A stretch of 31,353 nucleotides of DNA from Pseudomonadales bacterium (lineage in GTDB: Bacteria > Pseudomonadota > Gammaproteobacteria > Pseudomonadales > JAHEIH01): positions 1-31,353 of the forward strand of contig JALRIU010000073.1 in NCBI GenBank assembly GCA_023255355.1, in the 5' to 3' direction. Shown here in pieces: positions 19,057 through 31,353 of the stretch (positions are counted from its first letter, which is position 1; each line of letters begins with the position of its first letter). A program made the position numbers and the translations under genes. The notes under the pieces were generated by a model. It saw only the letters and a program-made list of their open reading frames with translations. It made no database searches and was not told the origin of the DNA.

Positions 19057-20029
19057 GCCTGGATCACTAAGACATCTAAAAGTCGCTGCTCTATGCAGCT
19101 TGTTATTTATTACGCCATTTACCTATGCGCAAGATAATTGGTACACCATCGAAGTTATAGTCTTTGCCCACATTGATGAAGCATCAGCCCTTGAAGAACA
19201 ATGGCCTGATGACGTCGTCATGGCTTACCCCCGTGGACTTAAACAACTGCAAACACCGATTAAAATCAGTGACACTCTTGAGCCTGAATTTCAAAACAAT
19301 ACCAATCTTGATTTACCCGATTTTGAAGCACAACTGCAAGAAATTAATGACCTAGCAGAGCAAAGAGCACGTGAAGCTGCCGAATTAGGCCTCAGCAGAG
19401 CAGATATTGCTGACTATGTTAAGTCTCTAGATATGCCTGCAGAACCTTTGCAAGTACCTCTCGAAGAGCCAAGTCCAATTGCAACTGAATTAATAGCGCC
19501 GGAAGAACCTGAAACCATCGAACGCGAACCAATAAATTTTGAACTACTTGGCAAAGACAGTTATCAACTTGCCACAGCCATGGGGCATTTACGTCGAATC
19601 CTTCGCTATAAACCTCTTTTCCATGAGGCTTGGACCCAGAATCTAACAGATAGAAAAAGATCCCCAAGCATTTTGATAACTGGTGGCGATGAATATGGCA
19701 AACATCGAGAATTGGAAGGCTCAATTAAAATCAGCGTGGAACGCTATTTACACGTTGAAACCGATCTTTGGCTGCATCAATTCATGCCTAATTTCGGTCA
19801 AACTAAAATCCTTCAAGTACCCGATCTACCTTTAGGTGGTCAGCAACTCGGCCCTGAGTCCTCACTTAGCAGCCAGTTTGACGATATTTTAAAGGAACCT
19901 TACCAAATCAATCGAAGCGTTACGCTTCGTCAAGCACGCAGAATGCGCAGCAAAGAAATTCACTATTTAGACCACCCCATGTTTGGCATGATTTTGGTCA
20001 TTACTCCGTTAGATAATACATCTTCATAA
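19049..20029 (+). CDS. csiV: CsiV family periplasmic peptidoglycan-associated protein
   Basis: Signal peptide ending TYA, then WYTIEVIVF; LFHEAWTQ, GSIKISVERYLHVETDLW and RRMRSKEIHYLDHPMFGMIL motifs; follows mfd as in Pseudomonas. Start GTG 19049 (GGAG 6 nt upstream). Confidence 0.85.
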   Translation: MNKPGSLRHLKVAALCSLLFITPFTYAQDNWYTIEVIVFAHIDEASALEEQWPDDVVMAYPRGLKQLQTPIKISDTLEPEFQNNTNLDLPDFEAQLQEINDLAEQRAREAAELGLSRADIADYVKSLDMPAEPLQVPLEEPSPIATELIAPEEPETIEREPINFELLGKDSYQLATAMGHLRRILRYKPLFHEAWTQNLTDRKRSPSILITGGDEYGKHRELEGSIKISVERYLHVETDLWLHQFMPNFGQTKILQVPDLPLGGQQLGPESSLSSQFDDILKEPYQINRSVTLRQARRMRSKEIHYLDHPMFGMILVITPLDNTSS

Positions 20030-20034
20030 CGAGG

Positions 20035-21422
20035 CTAATTAGCAGCGTCAAACCACTTGAGCTTGTCACGTTTAGTGACAACCTGACCCATTATAATCAA
20101 TGTGGGACCGCGAACTTGCTGCAAAGTAACTTCATCACAAATTGTCCCCAACGTTCCGACCACAACTCGCTGCTGTGGCAACGTGCCTTTTTCAACGAGA
20201 GCAATAGGATAATCAGCAGGAAGACCATGCTGCTGGAGACGTTCTACAATATTGGACAACCCAAGTAACCCCATATAAAAGACAATGGTCTGCTGGGGCT
20301 GAACAAGCTCTTGCCAAGGTAATTCACTACCGTCACGAGCAAGATGGCCGGTAATAAAACGCACAGAGTGAGCACAGTCACGGTGGGTCAATGGAATGCC
20401 TGCATACGCACCACAGCCTGCAGCAGCGGTAATGCCGGGTACCACCTGAAATGGAATTTTAGCTTCAGCAAGCAACTCAATTTCTTCACCGCCACGACCG
20501 AAAATAAATGGATCACCACCTTTTAAACGCAGTACTCGCTTACCTTTTTGGGCATAGTCGGCCAACAACTGACTGATTTGTTGTTGCGGCATGGCATGCT
20601 TGCTTGCTCTTTTACCCACATAAACACGTTCAGCATCAGCGCGGGTCAAATCCATAATCGCATCTGACACTAGGTTGTCATAAAGAACAACATCGGCTAA
20701 TTGCATTAAACGAATAGCTTTGATGGTCAAAAGATCCGGGTCACCTGGACCTGCACCTACCAAGAAAACTTCTCCGACAGCTGTTGTTTGATCTTTAGCT
20801 GCTTCAATTTGTTCTTGCAATAAGCGTTCAGCAACCTGGGGATTACCACTAAAAACAGCCTCTGCAACTGGCCCATCGACCACATTTTGCCAAAGCCTAC
20901 GACGGTCATCCAAGGAGGTAATGGTATTTTTAACTTGTTGACGAAAGCGTGACATTAGCTCTGCTAAGTCACCAAAACTGGCAGGAATAGCAGCCTCAAT
21001 CCGACCGCGCACAGCACGCGCCAACACTGGGGAAGCACCACCACTGCCCACGGCAATCAACATAGGATCTCGATGAATCACAGAGGGCAATGTAAAAGTT
21101 GAAAGATCAGCTCGATCTACAATATTGACAGGTAGGTTTCTAGCAATAGCATCCTGATAAACCTGCATATTGACTTGCTGATCATCTGTCGCAGCAACAA
21201 CCCAAGATACGTTTGTCATATGAGCCGTTTGATAAGGTTCATAATGAAAAGAGCTATCAGCTGATAGCTCACAAATATCTTCGGAAATATGCGGCGCAAC
21301 AATTTTGAGTATTGCGCCACCTCTGACGAGTGCCTGGGCTTTGCGGCGAGCCACAAGTCCTGCTCCTACTAACAAGACAGTTTGTCCACTTAAGCGAACA
21401 AACATCGGCGACATATTTGCCA

Positions 21423-21423
<1 letters not shown>
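20035..21423 (-). CDS. cysG: Siroheme synthase CysG
   Basis: N-terminal GAGLVARRK and GSGGASPVLAR (dehydrogenase/chelatase); C-terminal LVGAGPGDPDLLT, RLKGGDPFIFGRGGEE (SUMT); 1-nt TAATG overlap with serS. Confidence 0.95.
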
Positions 21424-22727
<1,304 letters not shown>

Positions 22728-23108
22728 CTAAGAAAATAGCGCCTTACTCACATAGATAGCTATTGCAGCAGCGAGAACACACAATACAACACTTAAAAGC
22801 ATGTAAAGCATGGCCGTCATAAGTTCGCCGCGCTGAATTAAAGTCACCGTCTCCAATGAAAACGTTGAAAACGTAGTAAATGCACCTAAAAAACCCACCA
22901 TCATAATGCTGCGCCATTCTGGACTGAGGTGCTGATAGTCCACAATGACAATGTACATTATGCCCATCGCAAAGGATCCAGCAACATTGACCAACATCGT
23001 AGCCAAGGGGAAACTACCTTGCCACAACATATTAATTGCATTGGACGAGGCATAACGAGCTAATGCACCAAGGGCACCGCCGAGAGCTATAAAAATCCAA
23101 TGATGCAT
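22728..23108 (-). CDS. crcB: Fluoride channel CrcB/Fluc
   Basis: 126 aa, four TM helices; GGALGA..RY, NVAGSF and GFLGAFTTFSTF signature. Confidence 0.95.
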   Translation of the reverse strand: MHHWIFIALGGALGALARYASSNAINMLWQGSFPLATMLVNVAGSFAMGIMYIVIVDYQHLSPEWRSIMMVGFLGAFTTFSTFSLETVTLIQRGELMTAMLYMLLSVVLCVLAAAIAIYVSKALFS

Positions 23109-23116
23109 GCTTCGTC

Positions 23117-24466
23117 CTAAGGGGTCTTTTTCGGATAACGCTGTATTGTACTATGTTTATCGCATTCACGCAGATGTTCTAGCTTAGCTTTGATTTTAAT
23201 TTCTAGCCCGCGCTCCACAGGATAATAAAACTGGGTATGTTGTAACTCAGGTGGAAAGTAATTTTCACCAGCTGCATAAGCATCAGATTCATCATGGGCA
23301 TAGCGATATTCAGCGCCATAATCTAGGTCTTTCATTAATTTTGTTGGGGCATTACGCAAATGCATAGGTACACCGTGGCTCGGGGTGTTCTCAACCAAGT
23401 TACGCGCCGCCTTATAGGCGCTGTAAACCGCATTACTTTTTGGCGCACAGGCCAAATAAACAACAGCTTGTGCCAACCCAAGTTCACCTTCAGGCAACCC
23501 CAAACGCTCCAACATATCCCAAGCATCCATCGCCATACTCAGTGCACGAGGATCTGCATTCCCAATATCCTCACTCGCCATGCGAACCAAACGCCTGGCG
23601 ATATAGAGTGGATCACAGCCTCCATCAAGCATTCTTACCATCCAGTATAGGGCCGCATCAGGTGCACTTCCGCGCACAGATTTATGCAGTGCTGAAATTT
23701 GATCGTAAAAGACGTCTCCGCCCTTATCAAAGCGGCGCAGGGATTGCTTAAGCAGCTGACTTACGACATCAGCATCGATCATCCTACCCTCAGGTGTATC
23801 GTAACCAAGATCCACAGCCACCTCGATAAGATTAAGCAAGCGACGTGCATCACCATCTGCAGCACTTACAAGCTGTGCAGCCTGTTCAGGGCCGATAATG
23901 ATTGGATCACGATGCAAATCAGCTTTAGGGTGAGTCAGCGTTTGCTGCAACAAACTTTGCAACTCTTCGTCGCTTAAGCTTTTTAATGTATAAACACGAG
24001 CACGCGACAACAGCGCCGAATTTAATTCAAATGAAGGGTTTTCAGTTGTCGCACCAATAAAAACAACCGTACCATCCTCAACAAATGGCAAAAAAGCATC
24101 CTGCTGAGACTTATTAAAACGATGCACTTCATCAACAAAGAGTACCGTAGCAATACCATTGATTGCTCTTGCCTGCTTGGCGGCATCAATCGATGCTCGA
24201 ATTTCCTTTACCCCACTTAGTACCGCTGAAAGGGTGTCAAACCGAGCATCACTTAGCGTAGAGATCAATCGTGCCAACGAGGTTTTGCCAACACCTGGCG
24301 GCCCCCAGAAAATCATAGAATGTAATTTTCCAGCCTCAAGTGCTGTACGAAGAGCGCAGCCAGCACCCAAAATATGCTGTTGACCTATGTATTCATCGAG
24401 GCTACGAGGCCTAACCCGATCAGCAAGAGGACGATAACCTTCATCGCGTTCAAATTCCGGGAACAT
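23117..24466 (-). CDS. rarA: Replication-associated recombination protein A (RarA/MgsA)
   Basis: [39 protein letters not shown] and [10 protein letters not shown] motifs. Start ATG 24466 overlaps the lolA 3' end by 17 nt. Confidence 0.95.
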   Translation of the reverse strand: MFPEFERDEGYRPLADRVRPRSLDEYIGQQHILGAGCALRTALEAGKLHSMIFWGPPGVGKTSLARLISTLSDARFDTLSAVLSGVKEIRASIDAAKQARAINGIATVLFVDEVHRFNKSQQDAFLPFVEDGTVVFIGATTENPSFELNSALLSRARVYTLKSLSDEELQSLLQQTLTHPKADLHRDPIIIGPEQAAQLVSAADGDARRLLNLIEVAVDLGYDTPEGRMIDADVVSQLLKQSLRRFDKGGDVFYDQISALHKSVRGSAPDAALYWMVRMLDGGCDPLYIARRLVRMASEDIGNADPRALSMAMDAWDMLERLGLPEGELGLAQAVVYLACAPKSNAVYSAYKAARNLVENTPSHGVPMHLRNAPTKLMKDLDYGAEYRYAHDESDAYAAGENYFPPELQHTQFYYPVERGLEIKIKAKLEHLRECDKHSTIQRYPKKTP

Positions 24467-25070
24467 AGCCTTCCTCAATGACTACCTCAACATTTTCTGG
24501 TGGGACAAATTCAAATATCTCTGGCAGCGGAATAAAGTTGGATTTGAGCTGCTGTAAAAACACCTCAGTCTTTTGCCCAAAACCATCAACCAAACTCATA
24601 TCAGCTAAATTATCTGCTGCATCAAAACACAGGGTCATGAGGGTAAACATGCTCTTATCGTCATGCGCCTCTAGCACATAGCAACGGTCGGATTGCTGCT
24701 CAACCTTATAAACCTCTCGTAATCTTGAAAGCGGTTCGACAAACACCATAAGTGGCGAAGTGGCAGCATTTTTAGGGTGTGGTCGGCGCACCGCTTGTTC
24801 TAATTCGACATCGTATTGCCACAACCAAATTCCGTTAGTCACGATAAGCTGCTCGAAAGGTGATAACACATGCCAACGCAATTGGTCTGGTTTAGCAATC
24901 GAAACATTACCATGACTGGTTTCGATAAGTTCTCCAGTTTCAGTAAATTGGTTTTGCTCAAAATTTGCGGTCAATGAATCACTTTTAGCTAACAATTCGT
25001 AAAGGCGATCAGCAGGATCTGCAATGACTTTAATAGACCAAACACATAAAAGGATGAAGATAAGACGCAT
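24450..25070 (-). CDS. lolA: Outer-membrane lipoprotein chaperone LolA
   Basis: Signal peptide; ANFEQ, KPDQLRW, QLIVTNG.WLWQYD.ELEQ, DGFGQKT and F.F.PP motifs; between ftsK and rarA. Confidence 0.9.
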   Translation of the reverse strand: MRLIFILLCVWSIKVIADPADRLYELLAKSDSLTANFEQNQFTETGELIETSHGNVSIAKPDQLRWHVLSPFEQLIVTNGIWLWQYDVELEQAVRRPHPKNAATSPLMVFVEPLSRLREVYKVEQQSDRCYVLEAHDDKSMFTLMTLCFDAADNLADMSLVDGFGQKTEVFLQQLKSNFIPLPEIFEFVPPENVEVVIEEGYVPGI

Positions 25071-27388
25071 TAATCGCCTGCCTTAGGTACAAGAACTTCT
25101 CGACTGCCGTTATGGCCCATTTCTGACACCACTCCAGCTGCCTCCATGGCCTCAATAAGGCGTGCAGCACGATTATAACCAATACGCAGTTTACGCTGCA
25201 CCGAAGAAATAGAGGCACGCCGTGACTCGAGTACGTAGTTTACAGCCTCATCATAGAGCGCATCGGTTTCAGCATCATTGCTGCCTTCATCACCATCGCT
25301 AAATCCAGGAATCGGCACAGAGCTTGAACCACCCTCTAAGATATCCTCTATAAATTCGGGCTCACCACGCATGCGCCAATCTTTGACTACGCGATGAACC
25401 TCTTCATCAGCGACAAAAGCCCCATGCACCCTGATAGGAACGGCAGTACCCGGTGGAAGATATAACATATCACCCTGCCCTAATAATTGTTCAGCCCCAC
25501 CCTGATCAAGAATGGTGCGGGAATCGATTTTAGACGACACCTGGAATGCAATCCGAGTCGGGACGTTTGCCTTGATCAAACCCGTTATTACATCTACCGA
25601 GGGTCGCTGTGTTGCAAGAATTAAATGGATACCCGCCGCACGCGCCTTTTGGGCGATACGCGCAATGAGCTCTTCAACTTTCTTACCGACAATCATCATC
25701 ATGTCCGCAAACTCATCAATGACGACTACGATCGAAGGCAATTCCTCTAAATCTGGTGCAGGGGCAACATCAAAACCAGGGTCATAATGCTCTTGTGGTT
25801 TCCACAATGGGTCCTTAATTGGCTGGCCATCTTTGATAGCATCGGCAACCTTACGGTTATAGCCGGCCAAATTTCTAACGCCTAGTGCCGCCATAAGCTT
25901 GTAGCGTCGCTCCATTTCACCCACACACCAACGCAGACCATTCGCGGCATCCTTCATGTCGGTAATAACAGGGGCTAACAGATGAGGAATACCGTCGTAC
26001 ACAGATAATTCCAACATCTTTGGATCGACAAGTAACAATCTAACTTGTTTAGGTGTCGACTTGAATAACAAACTCAATAGCATGGAATTTACCCCAACCG
26101 ACTTACCAGAACCGGTGGTGCCGGCCACCAAAAGGTGGGGCATACGCGCCAAATCTACAACCACAGGTTCACCCGAAATATCATGGCCTAAAGCTAGCGT
26201 TAAATCAGACTTAGAATTTTCGTAGGCTGTAGAACCAATAACCTCACTAAAGCTAACGACTTGTCGGTTCTCATTGGGAATTTCGATGCCTACTACTGAT
26301 TTACCAGGCACGACTTCGACAACACGCACCGATATAACCGCCAAGGAGCGAGCAAGATCTTTAGCTAGATTGCTTATTCTGCTTACCTTAACCCCTGGTG
26401 CGGGTTGAATTTCAAAACGTGTAATCACAGGCCCTGGCAGTACTTCAACCACCTCAGCCTCGATACCAAAATCACGTAATTTTAGCTCCAATAAACGTGA
26501 CATTGCTTGCAAGGTTTCTTCTGAATATCCCAAACCGCTGTCGTCACGCTTGTCATTCAGCAAACTAACCAGGGGCAAACTACCCACAACGCCATCGTCG
26601 GGCACAAATAATGTTTGTTGTTTTTCTTTTTGGACACGTTCTGACACCTCAGGCTTTTTGGGTGCTGGCGGTGCAATTTTGGGAGGAATTCGCTGCTTAT
26701 CCTCTTCACTGTGTTTAACAAAGCTTTCTTTACGCTGTCTTTGCACCTCAGCAACTTTGGCTTCCTCTAACTTACGTTGCCTGCGCTGGGCCCACCATTT
26801 AGCTGTCAACTCAATAGCGATTAAGGTTCTACGCCCTAACCATTCCATAAACCTAAACCATGATAGATCGGTAAATATTGTCATTCCGAACAAAAACATT
26901 GCAGTCATAACGAGTCGACTACCAAGCAAACCAAAATTATTGATAACCCAGTCGGCCAACTGCACGCCAAAGAAGCCACCATAACCATAGGGGAGTTCAC
27001 TAATTTCACTGGCACCTTGTAACGCCCCCAAGCAGGTAGTCGACATAATCACCAATACAAAACCAACAAATCGCAGTATTAAGTGTGAGCGATGCCAACC
27101 CTCATTGGACAATTGTTCCTTAAAAATGATTATGGCACGCAGAGCTAGCATGCCTGGAAATAGATAAGCCATGTAACCAAATAACGAGAGCAACACATCT
27201 GACAACCATGCACCCGCCGCACCAGTCGCATTTCTAATCGGCCCGCCAAGCCCTGTTGTGTTATAGCCTGGATCGCTAGTTGAGTATGTTAATAAAGCAA
27301 TAGTCACAAACGCACACAACGCAACTGTGGCGATTAATAAGCCTTCGGTTAATCGGCGAGATATCCCACTCACGTTACTTTCCGTCAT
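25070..27388 (-). CDS. ftsK: DNA translocase FtsK
   Basis: N-terminal TM domain; [40 protein letters not shown] and gamma domain [13 protein letters not shown]. Confidence 0.97.
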   Translation of the reverse strand: MTESNVSGISRRLTEGLLIATVALCAFVTIALLTYSTSDPGYNTTGLGGPIRNATGAAGAWLSDVLLSLFGYMAYLFPGMLALRAIIIFKEQLSNEGWHRSHLILRFVGFVLVIMSTTCLGALQGASEISELPYGYGGFFGVQLADWVINNFGLLGSRLVMTAMFLFGMTIFTDLSWFRFMEWLGRRTLIAIELTAKWWAQRRQRKLEEAKVAEVQRQRKESFVKHSEEDKQRIPPKIAPPAPKKPEVSERVQKEKQQTLFVPDDGVVGSLPLVSLLNDKRDDSGLGYSEETLQAMSRLLELKLRDFGIEAEVVEVLPGPVITRFEIQPAPGVKVSRISNLAKDLARSLAVISVRVVEVVPGKSVVGIEIPNENRQVVSFSEVIGSTAYENSKSDLTLALGHDISGEPVVVDLARMPHLLVAGTTGSGKSVGVNSMLLSLLFKSTPKQVRLLLVDPKMLELSVYDGIPHLLAPVITDMKDAANGLRWCVGEMERRYKLMAALGVRNLAGYNRKVADAIKDGQPIKDPLWKPQEHYDPGFDVAPAPDLEELPSIVVVIDEFADMMMIVGKKVEELIARIAQKARAAGIHLILATQRPSVDVITGLIKANVPTRIAFQVSSKIDSRTILDQGGAEQLLGQGDMLYLPPGTAVPIRVHGAFVADEEVHRVVKDWRMRGEPEFIEDILEGGSSSVPIPGFSDGDEGSNDAETDALYDEAVNYVLESRRASISSVQRKLRIGYNRAARLIEAMEAAGVVSEMGHNGSREVLVPKAGD

Positions 27389-27428
27389 TAAAAGTCTAAT
27401 CCTTTCTATAATTTTTTAGCGTAACTCT

Positions 27429-27457
27429 TTGTCCTGAAGATCGAATTCAACTATGAT
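27429..27457 (+). promoter_or_regulatory. Candidate sigma70 promoter of trxB-aat-bpt
   Basis: TTGTCC (27429-27434), 17 nt spacer, TATGAT (27452-27457). Confidence 0.55.
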
Positions 27458-27472
27458 TCGCAACCGATGTAG

Positions 27473-29150
<1,678 letters not shown>

Positions 29151-29154
<4 letters not shown>

Positions 29155-29855
29155 ACGACGCAAAAATTCGCTTCTTTATTACTGATGCCCACCCTTGTAG
29201 CTATCTTGATGATCAACAGGCCAGTACTTTATTTATCGATCCAGAGCACCCAATTGATCAAAGTCTCTATAGTCAATTATCCCGTAATGGATTTCGCCGC
29301 AGCGGCTCCCACTTGTATCGTCCCCATTGTGGAGCTTGCGAGGCATGTATACCGATTCGTACGATGTGCGAAAAATTTGTACCCAACAGACGGATGCGAC
29401 GAATCTCTAATAAAAATAACGATATTGTTGTGGCCATGGTTGATTCTATTGATCGTGATGAACACTATCCTCTATATGAATCCTACGTTAACGAACGTCA
29501 TCAAGATGGTGATATGTATCCTGCTAGCAAGGAACAATTTGATAGTTTTTTATCAAGCGAATGGCAGCTCACAAGATTTTTGGAATATAGAATAGCAGGC
29601 AAACTTATCGCTTGTGCCGTAACTGATGAACTCGATGATGGCCTAGCAGCTATTTATACGTACTATGATCCAACACTTGAAATAAGAAGCTTGGGTGTGT
29701 TTTGTATCCTTTCACAAATAGCAATGTGCAAGGAAATGCAATTACCATACTTGTACTTAGGATACTGGATTAAAGAGTGCCGTAAGATGTCTTACAAGAT
29801 TGAGTATCGGCCAGCGCAAGTTCGTATCAATGAAAGATGGTTAACCATGACCTAG
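29151..29855 (+). CDS. bpt: ATE1-like aminoacyl-tRNA--protein transferase (Bpt, Asp/Glu leucyltransferase type)
   Basis: HPCSYL, GFRRSG..YRPHC..C.AC, YTYYDP....RSLG and YLYLGYWIKECRKMSYK motifs. Start TTG 29151 (GGAGG 7 nt upstream; TTGA overlap with the aat stop). Confidence 0.9.
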
Positions 29856-29902
29856 CGAAGAAACGTTCGCGAATGCTTATCTAGCAAGTTTCTTAATGTG
29901 TT

Positions 29903-29909
29903 CTATACT
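29903..29909 (+). promoter_or_regulatory. RpoS-type -10 element upstream of the MapZ-like gene
   Basis: CTATACT followed by TTTT, with only a weak -35 (CTAGCA) at 17 bp; 24 nt before the ATG. Confidence 0.4.
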
Positions 29910-29933
29910 TTTTGAAAACGTTGAGGACATTTC

Positions 29934-30305
29934 ATGCACGACATCACCGAATCCCCCGATAATCGAAGAACATTTAGCCGAATTAGCTTCGATGCAGATA
30001 CCTATTTATGCCAGGATGAAAACCGTTGGGAAGTTGAGCTTATTGATATTTCCCTTAATGGCGTGTTAGTCAAACTGCCTCCCGAATGGAATGGTGACAG
30101 CAGTCGCGACATCTCAGTATTTATCCATTTAGGCGGTGACGTAGCCATTAATATGATTACTCGCCTTGCCCATGTTGAAGAGGGACGCGCCGGCTTTCAT
30201 TGTGAACATATCGATTTAGAAAGTATTAGTCACCTGCGTCGATTGGTAGAGCTTAACCTTGGAGATACAGAAAGCCTCGAACGCGAGTTACGGCAGCTCA
30301 CCTAG
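29934..30305 (+). CDS. Single-domain PilZ c-di-GMP receptor, MapZ(PA4608)-like
   Basis: RRTFSR and DISLNG canonical motifs; C-terminal HIDLESISHLRRLVELNLGD..LEREL closely matches my recollection of P. aeruginosa PA4608; GAGGA SD. Confidence 0.88.
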   Translation: MHDITESPDNRRTFSRISFDADTYLCQDENRWEVELIDISLNGVLVKLPPEWNGDSSRDISVFIHLGGDVAINMITRLAHVEEGRAGFHCEHIDLESISHLRRLVELNLGDTESLERELRQLT

Positions 30306-30307
30306 GT

Positions 30308-30967
30308 CTAAGTCGGTGGATCAATAACACCATTAATAGACTGATTAAGACGATACCAACCAGCAACACTATAACGGTGACGAGATGCTGGCAGAACTTC
30401 GTGCGGAAATTCCTCACTCAAAAAAACCACTAAGCTACCGCACTGGGGAGTGACCTTAAGCAGAGGCTCATTATCAAAGTTATACATTTGAAGCTCCCCA
30501 CCCTCTTCCGGTAGCCAACCAGAATTTAAATACAAGACTGTCGACAAAATTCTGTTAGCTTGCCCCCTAAATGCATCAAGATGCTTTCGATAAAAAGCAC
30601 TTGGCTCATAACATGCGAAGTGACTTTCAAAGGAAAACAGCCCCAGCAAAAGGCGTCTATTGAGATATAACCGCAGATCGTTTGTCCAGTTAAGCCAGAG
30701 CTTTTCCGCTTCAGTTTTACCCTCAATCCAAGCAATTTTATCGCGTCTAACAAAACTATTTTGAATACTATCGGTACCGCGCCCAACGCCAGCCTCATCA
30801 AAATGGTCTGCATCCTTTCTTACTTGCTCAGCCAACAAACTGATCATCTTTTCTGGTAAGCCTATCGGCACCACACAATAGCCTTGAGCTTCTAAATCAT
30901 TGGCAATTTTAGCGAATAAAAGATCATCGCCACCATGTTGGAAATGCCCTTGAATTACAGTGCTCAT
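30308..30967 (-). CDS. 2OG-Fe(II) dioxygenase, PHD/EGLN (PPHD/SM-20)-like
   Basis: AGVGRG..VRRDKIAW, FY.KHLD (HxD), LYLN..W....GGEL, PHEV (distal His) and RYSVAGW (2OG-binding Arg). Confidence 0.88.
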   Translation of the reverse strand: MSTVIQGHFQHGGDDLLFAKIANDLEAQGYCVVPIGLPEKMISLLAEQVRKDADHFDEAGVGRGTDSIQNSFVRRDKIAWIEGKTEAEKLWLNWTNDLRLYLNRRLLLGLFSFESHFACYEPSAFYRKHLDAFRGQANRILSTVLYLNSGWLPEEGGELQMYNFDNEPLLKVTPQCGSLVVFLSEEFPHEVLPASRHRYSVAGWYRLNQSINGVIDPPT

Positions 30968-30973
30968 TAAGGC

Positions 30974-31353
30974 TTAACTCAAGGACTTAAAAAGATAATC
31001 AACGCCGCTATCACGAAGTTCTTGCAGCAATAAGTTATGGATATCTGTGGCTGAGCTCTTTCTGAGGACCCGCTGTAAGATCATTTGAGCGCGCTCTTGT
31101 GACAGTGCCCGGATAAGACATTTCACTTTTGGTAGCTGAAACGCGCTCATACTCAGGCTATCAACATCCATACCTACTAACAGAATAACAGCCAAAGGGT
31201 ACGAGGCCATTTCACCACATACGCCGACTTTTATCCCTAGCATCTTGGCCTTTTGAACAATACGGTAAACTTCAGCGATGACCGCTGGATGGACGTGATT
31301 AAAGAGTGAGGCCACTCTTTCGTTGTTGCGATCAACCGCCAACAAATACTGAG
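30974..31353 (-). CDS. ptsP: PTS-Ntr enzyme I (PtsP), C-terminal part; 5' end outside the window
   Basis: Frame is open to the window edge: (T)QYLLAVDRNNERVA..HPAV, GVCGEMA (catalytic Cys), LSMS..LPKVK..IR. AVDRNN is PtsP-type rather than PtsI-type. The track's start at 31345 is internal. Confidence 0.82.
   Translation of the reverse strand, partial: QYLLAVDRNNERVASLFNHVHPAVIAEVYRIVQKAKMLGIKVGVCGEMASYPLAVILLVGMDVDSLSMSAFQLPKVKCLIRALSQERAQMILQRVLRKSSATDIHNLLLQELRDSGVDYLFKSLS

Noticed and set aside
23109-23116. Fluoride riboswitch ahead of crcB
   Set aside because: Only 8 nt separate the rarA stop from the crcB start, and no riboswitch-like sequence is visible; crcB appears to be an internal operon gene.
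29185-29595. 136-aa same-strand alternative-frame ORF within bpt
   Set aside because: No recognisable motif or convincing SD; fully nested in a well-supported gene.
29855-29870. Hairpin GCGAA-GAAACG-TTCGC after bpt as a terminator
   Set aside because: Only 5 bp and no U tract on either strand.
31345-31353. A stand-alone 123-aa PEP-utilising protein starting at 31345
   Set aside because: The frame stays open to the window edge (TQYLLAVDRNN); this is the truncated C-terminus of enzyme I.

Overview
A compact, gene-dense housekeeping window from a gammaproteobacterium. Gene order resembles Pseudomonas and its marine relatives, and Na+-NQR is present; taxonomy is inferred only. From left to right: comEC (minus strand, intact but running off the left edge, so missing from the ORF track), DUF2062, lolCDE, a PilZ protein, the complete nqrABCDEF-apbE-nqrM operon, a long-form GapB-like GAPDH, mfd-csiV, ftsK-lolA-rarA-crcB-serS-cysG, trxB-aat-bpt, a MapZ-like PilZ protein, a PHD-like 2OG-Fe(II) dioxygenase and the 3' end of ptsP. 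I found no rRNA, tRNA, CRISPR array, mobile element or pseudogene, and I cannot support a large new multi-gene system. The best leads are small. (1) A textbook intrinsic terminator and a start-codon hairpin lie inside the sequence coding for the ApbE lipoprotein signal peptide, directly after nqrF. (2) ptsP, whose family senses 2-oxoglutarate, is coupled across 6 nt to a 2OG/O2-dependent prolyl-hydroxylase-like gene. (3) Two in-phase HexR-like boxes flank a LacI-type palindrome upstream of the GAPDH gene. (4) The nqrA leader is structured. All motifs were read by eye and no searches or folding programs were run. Many starts were re-assigned from the ORF track using Shine-Dalgarno (SD) spacing and family N-termini.
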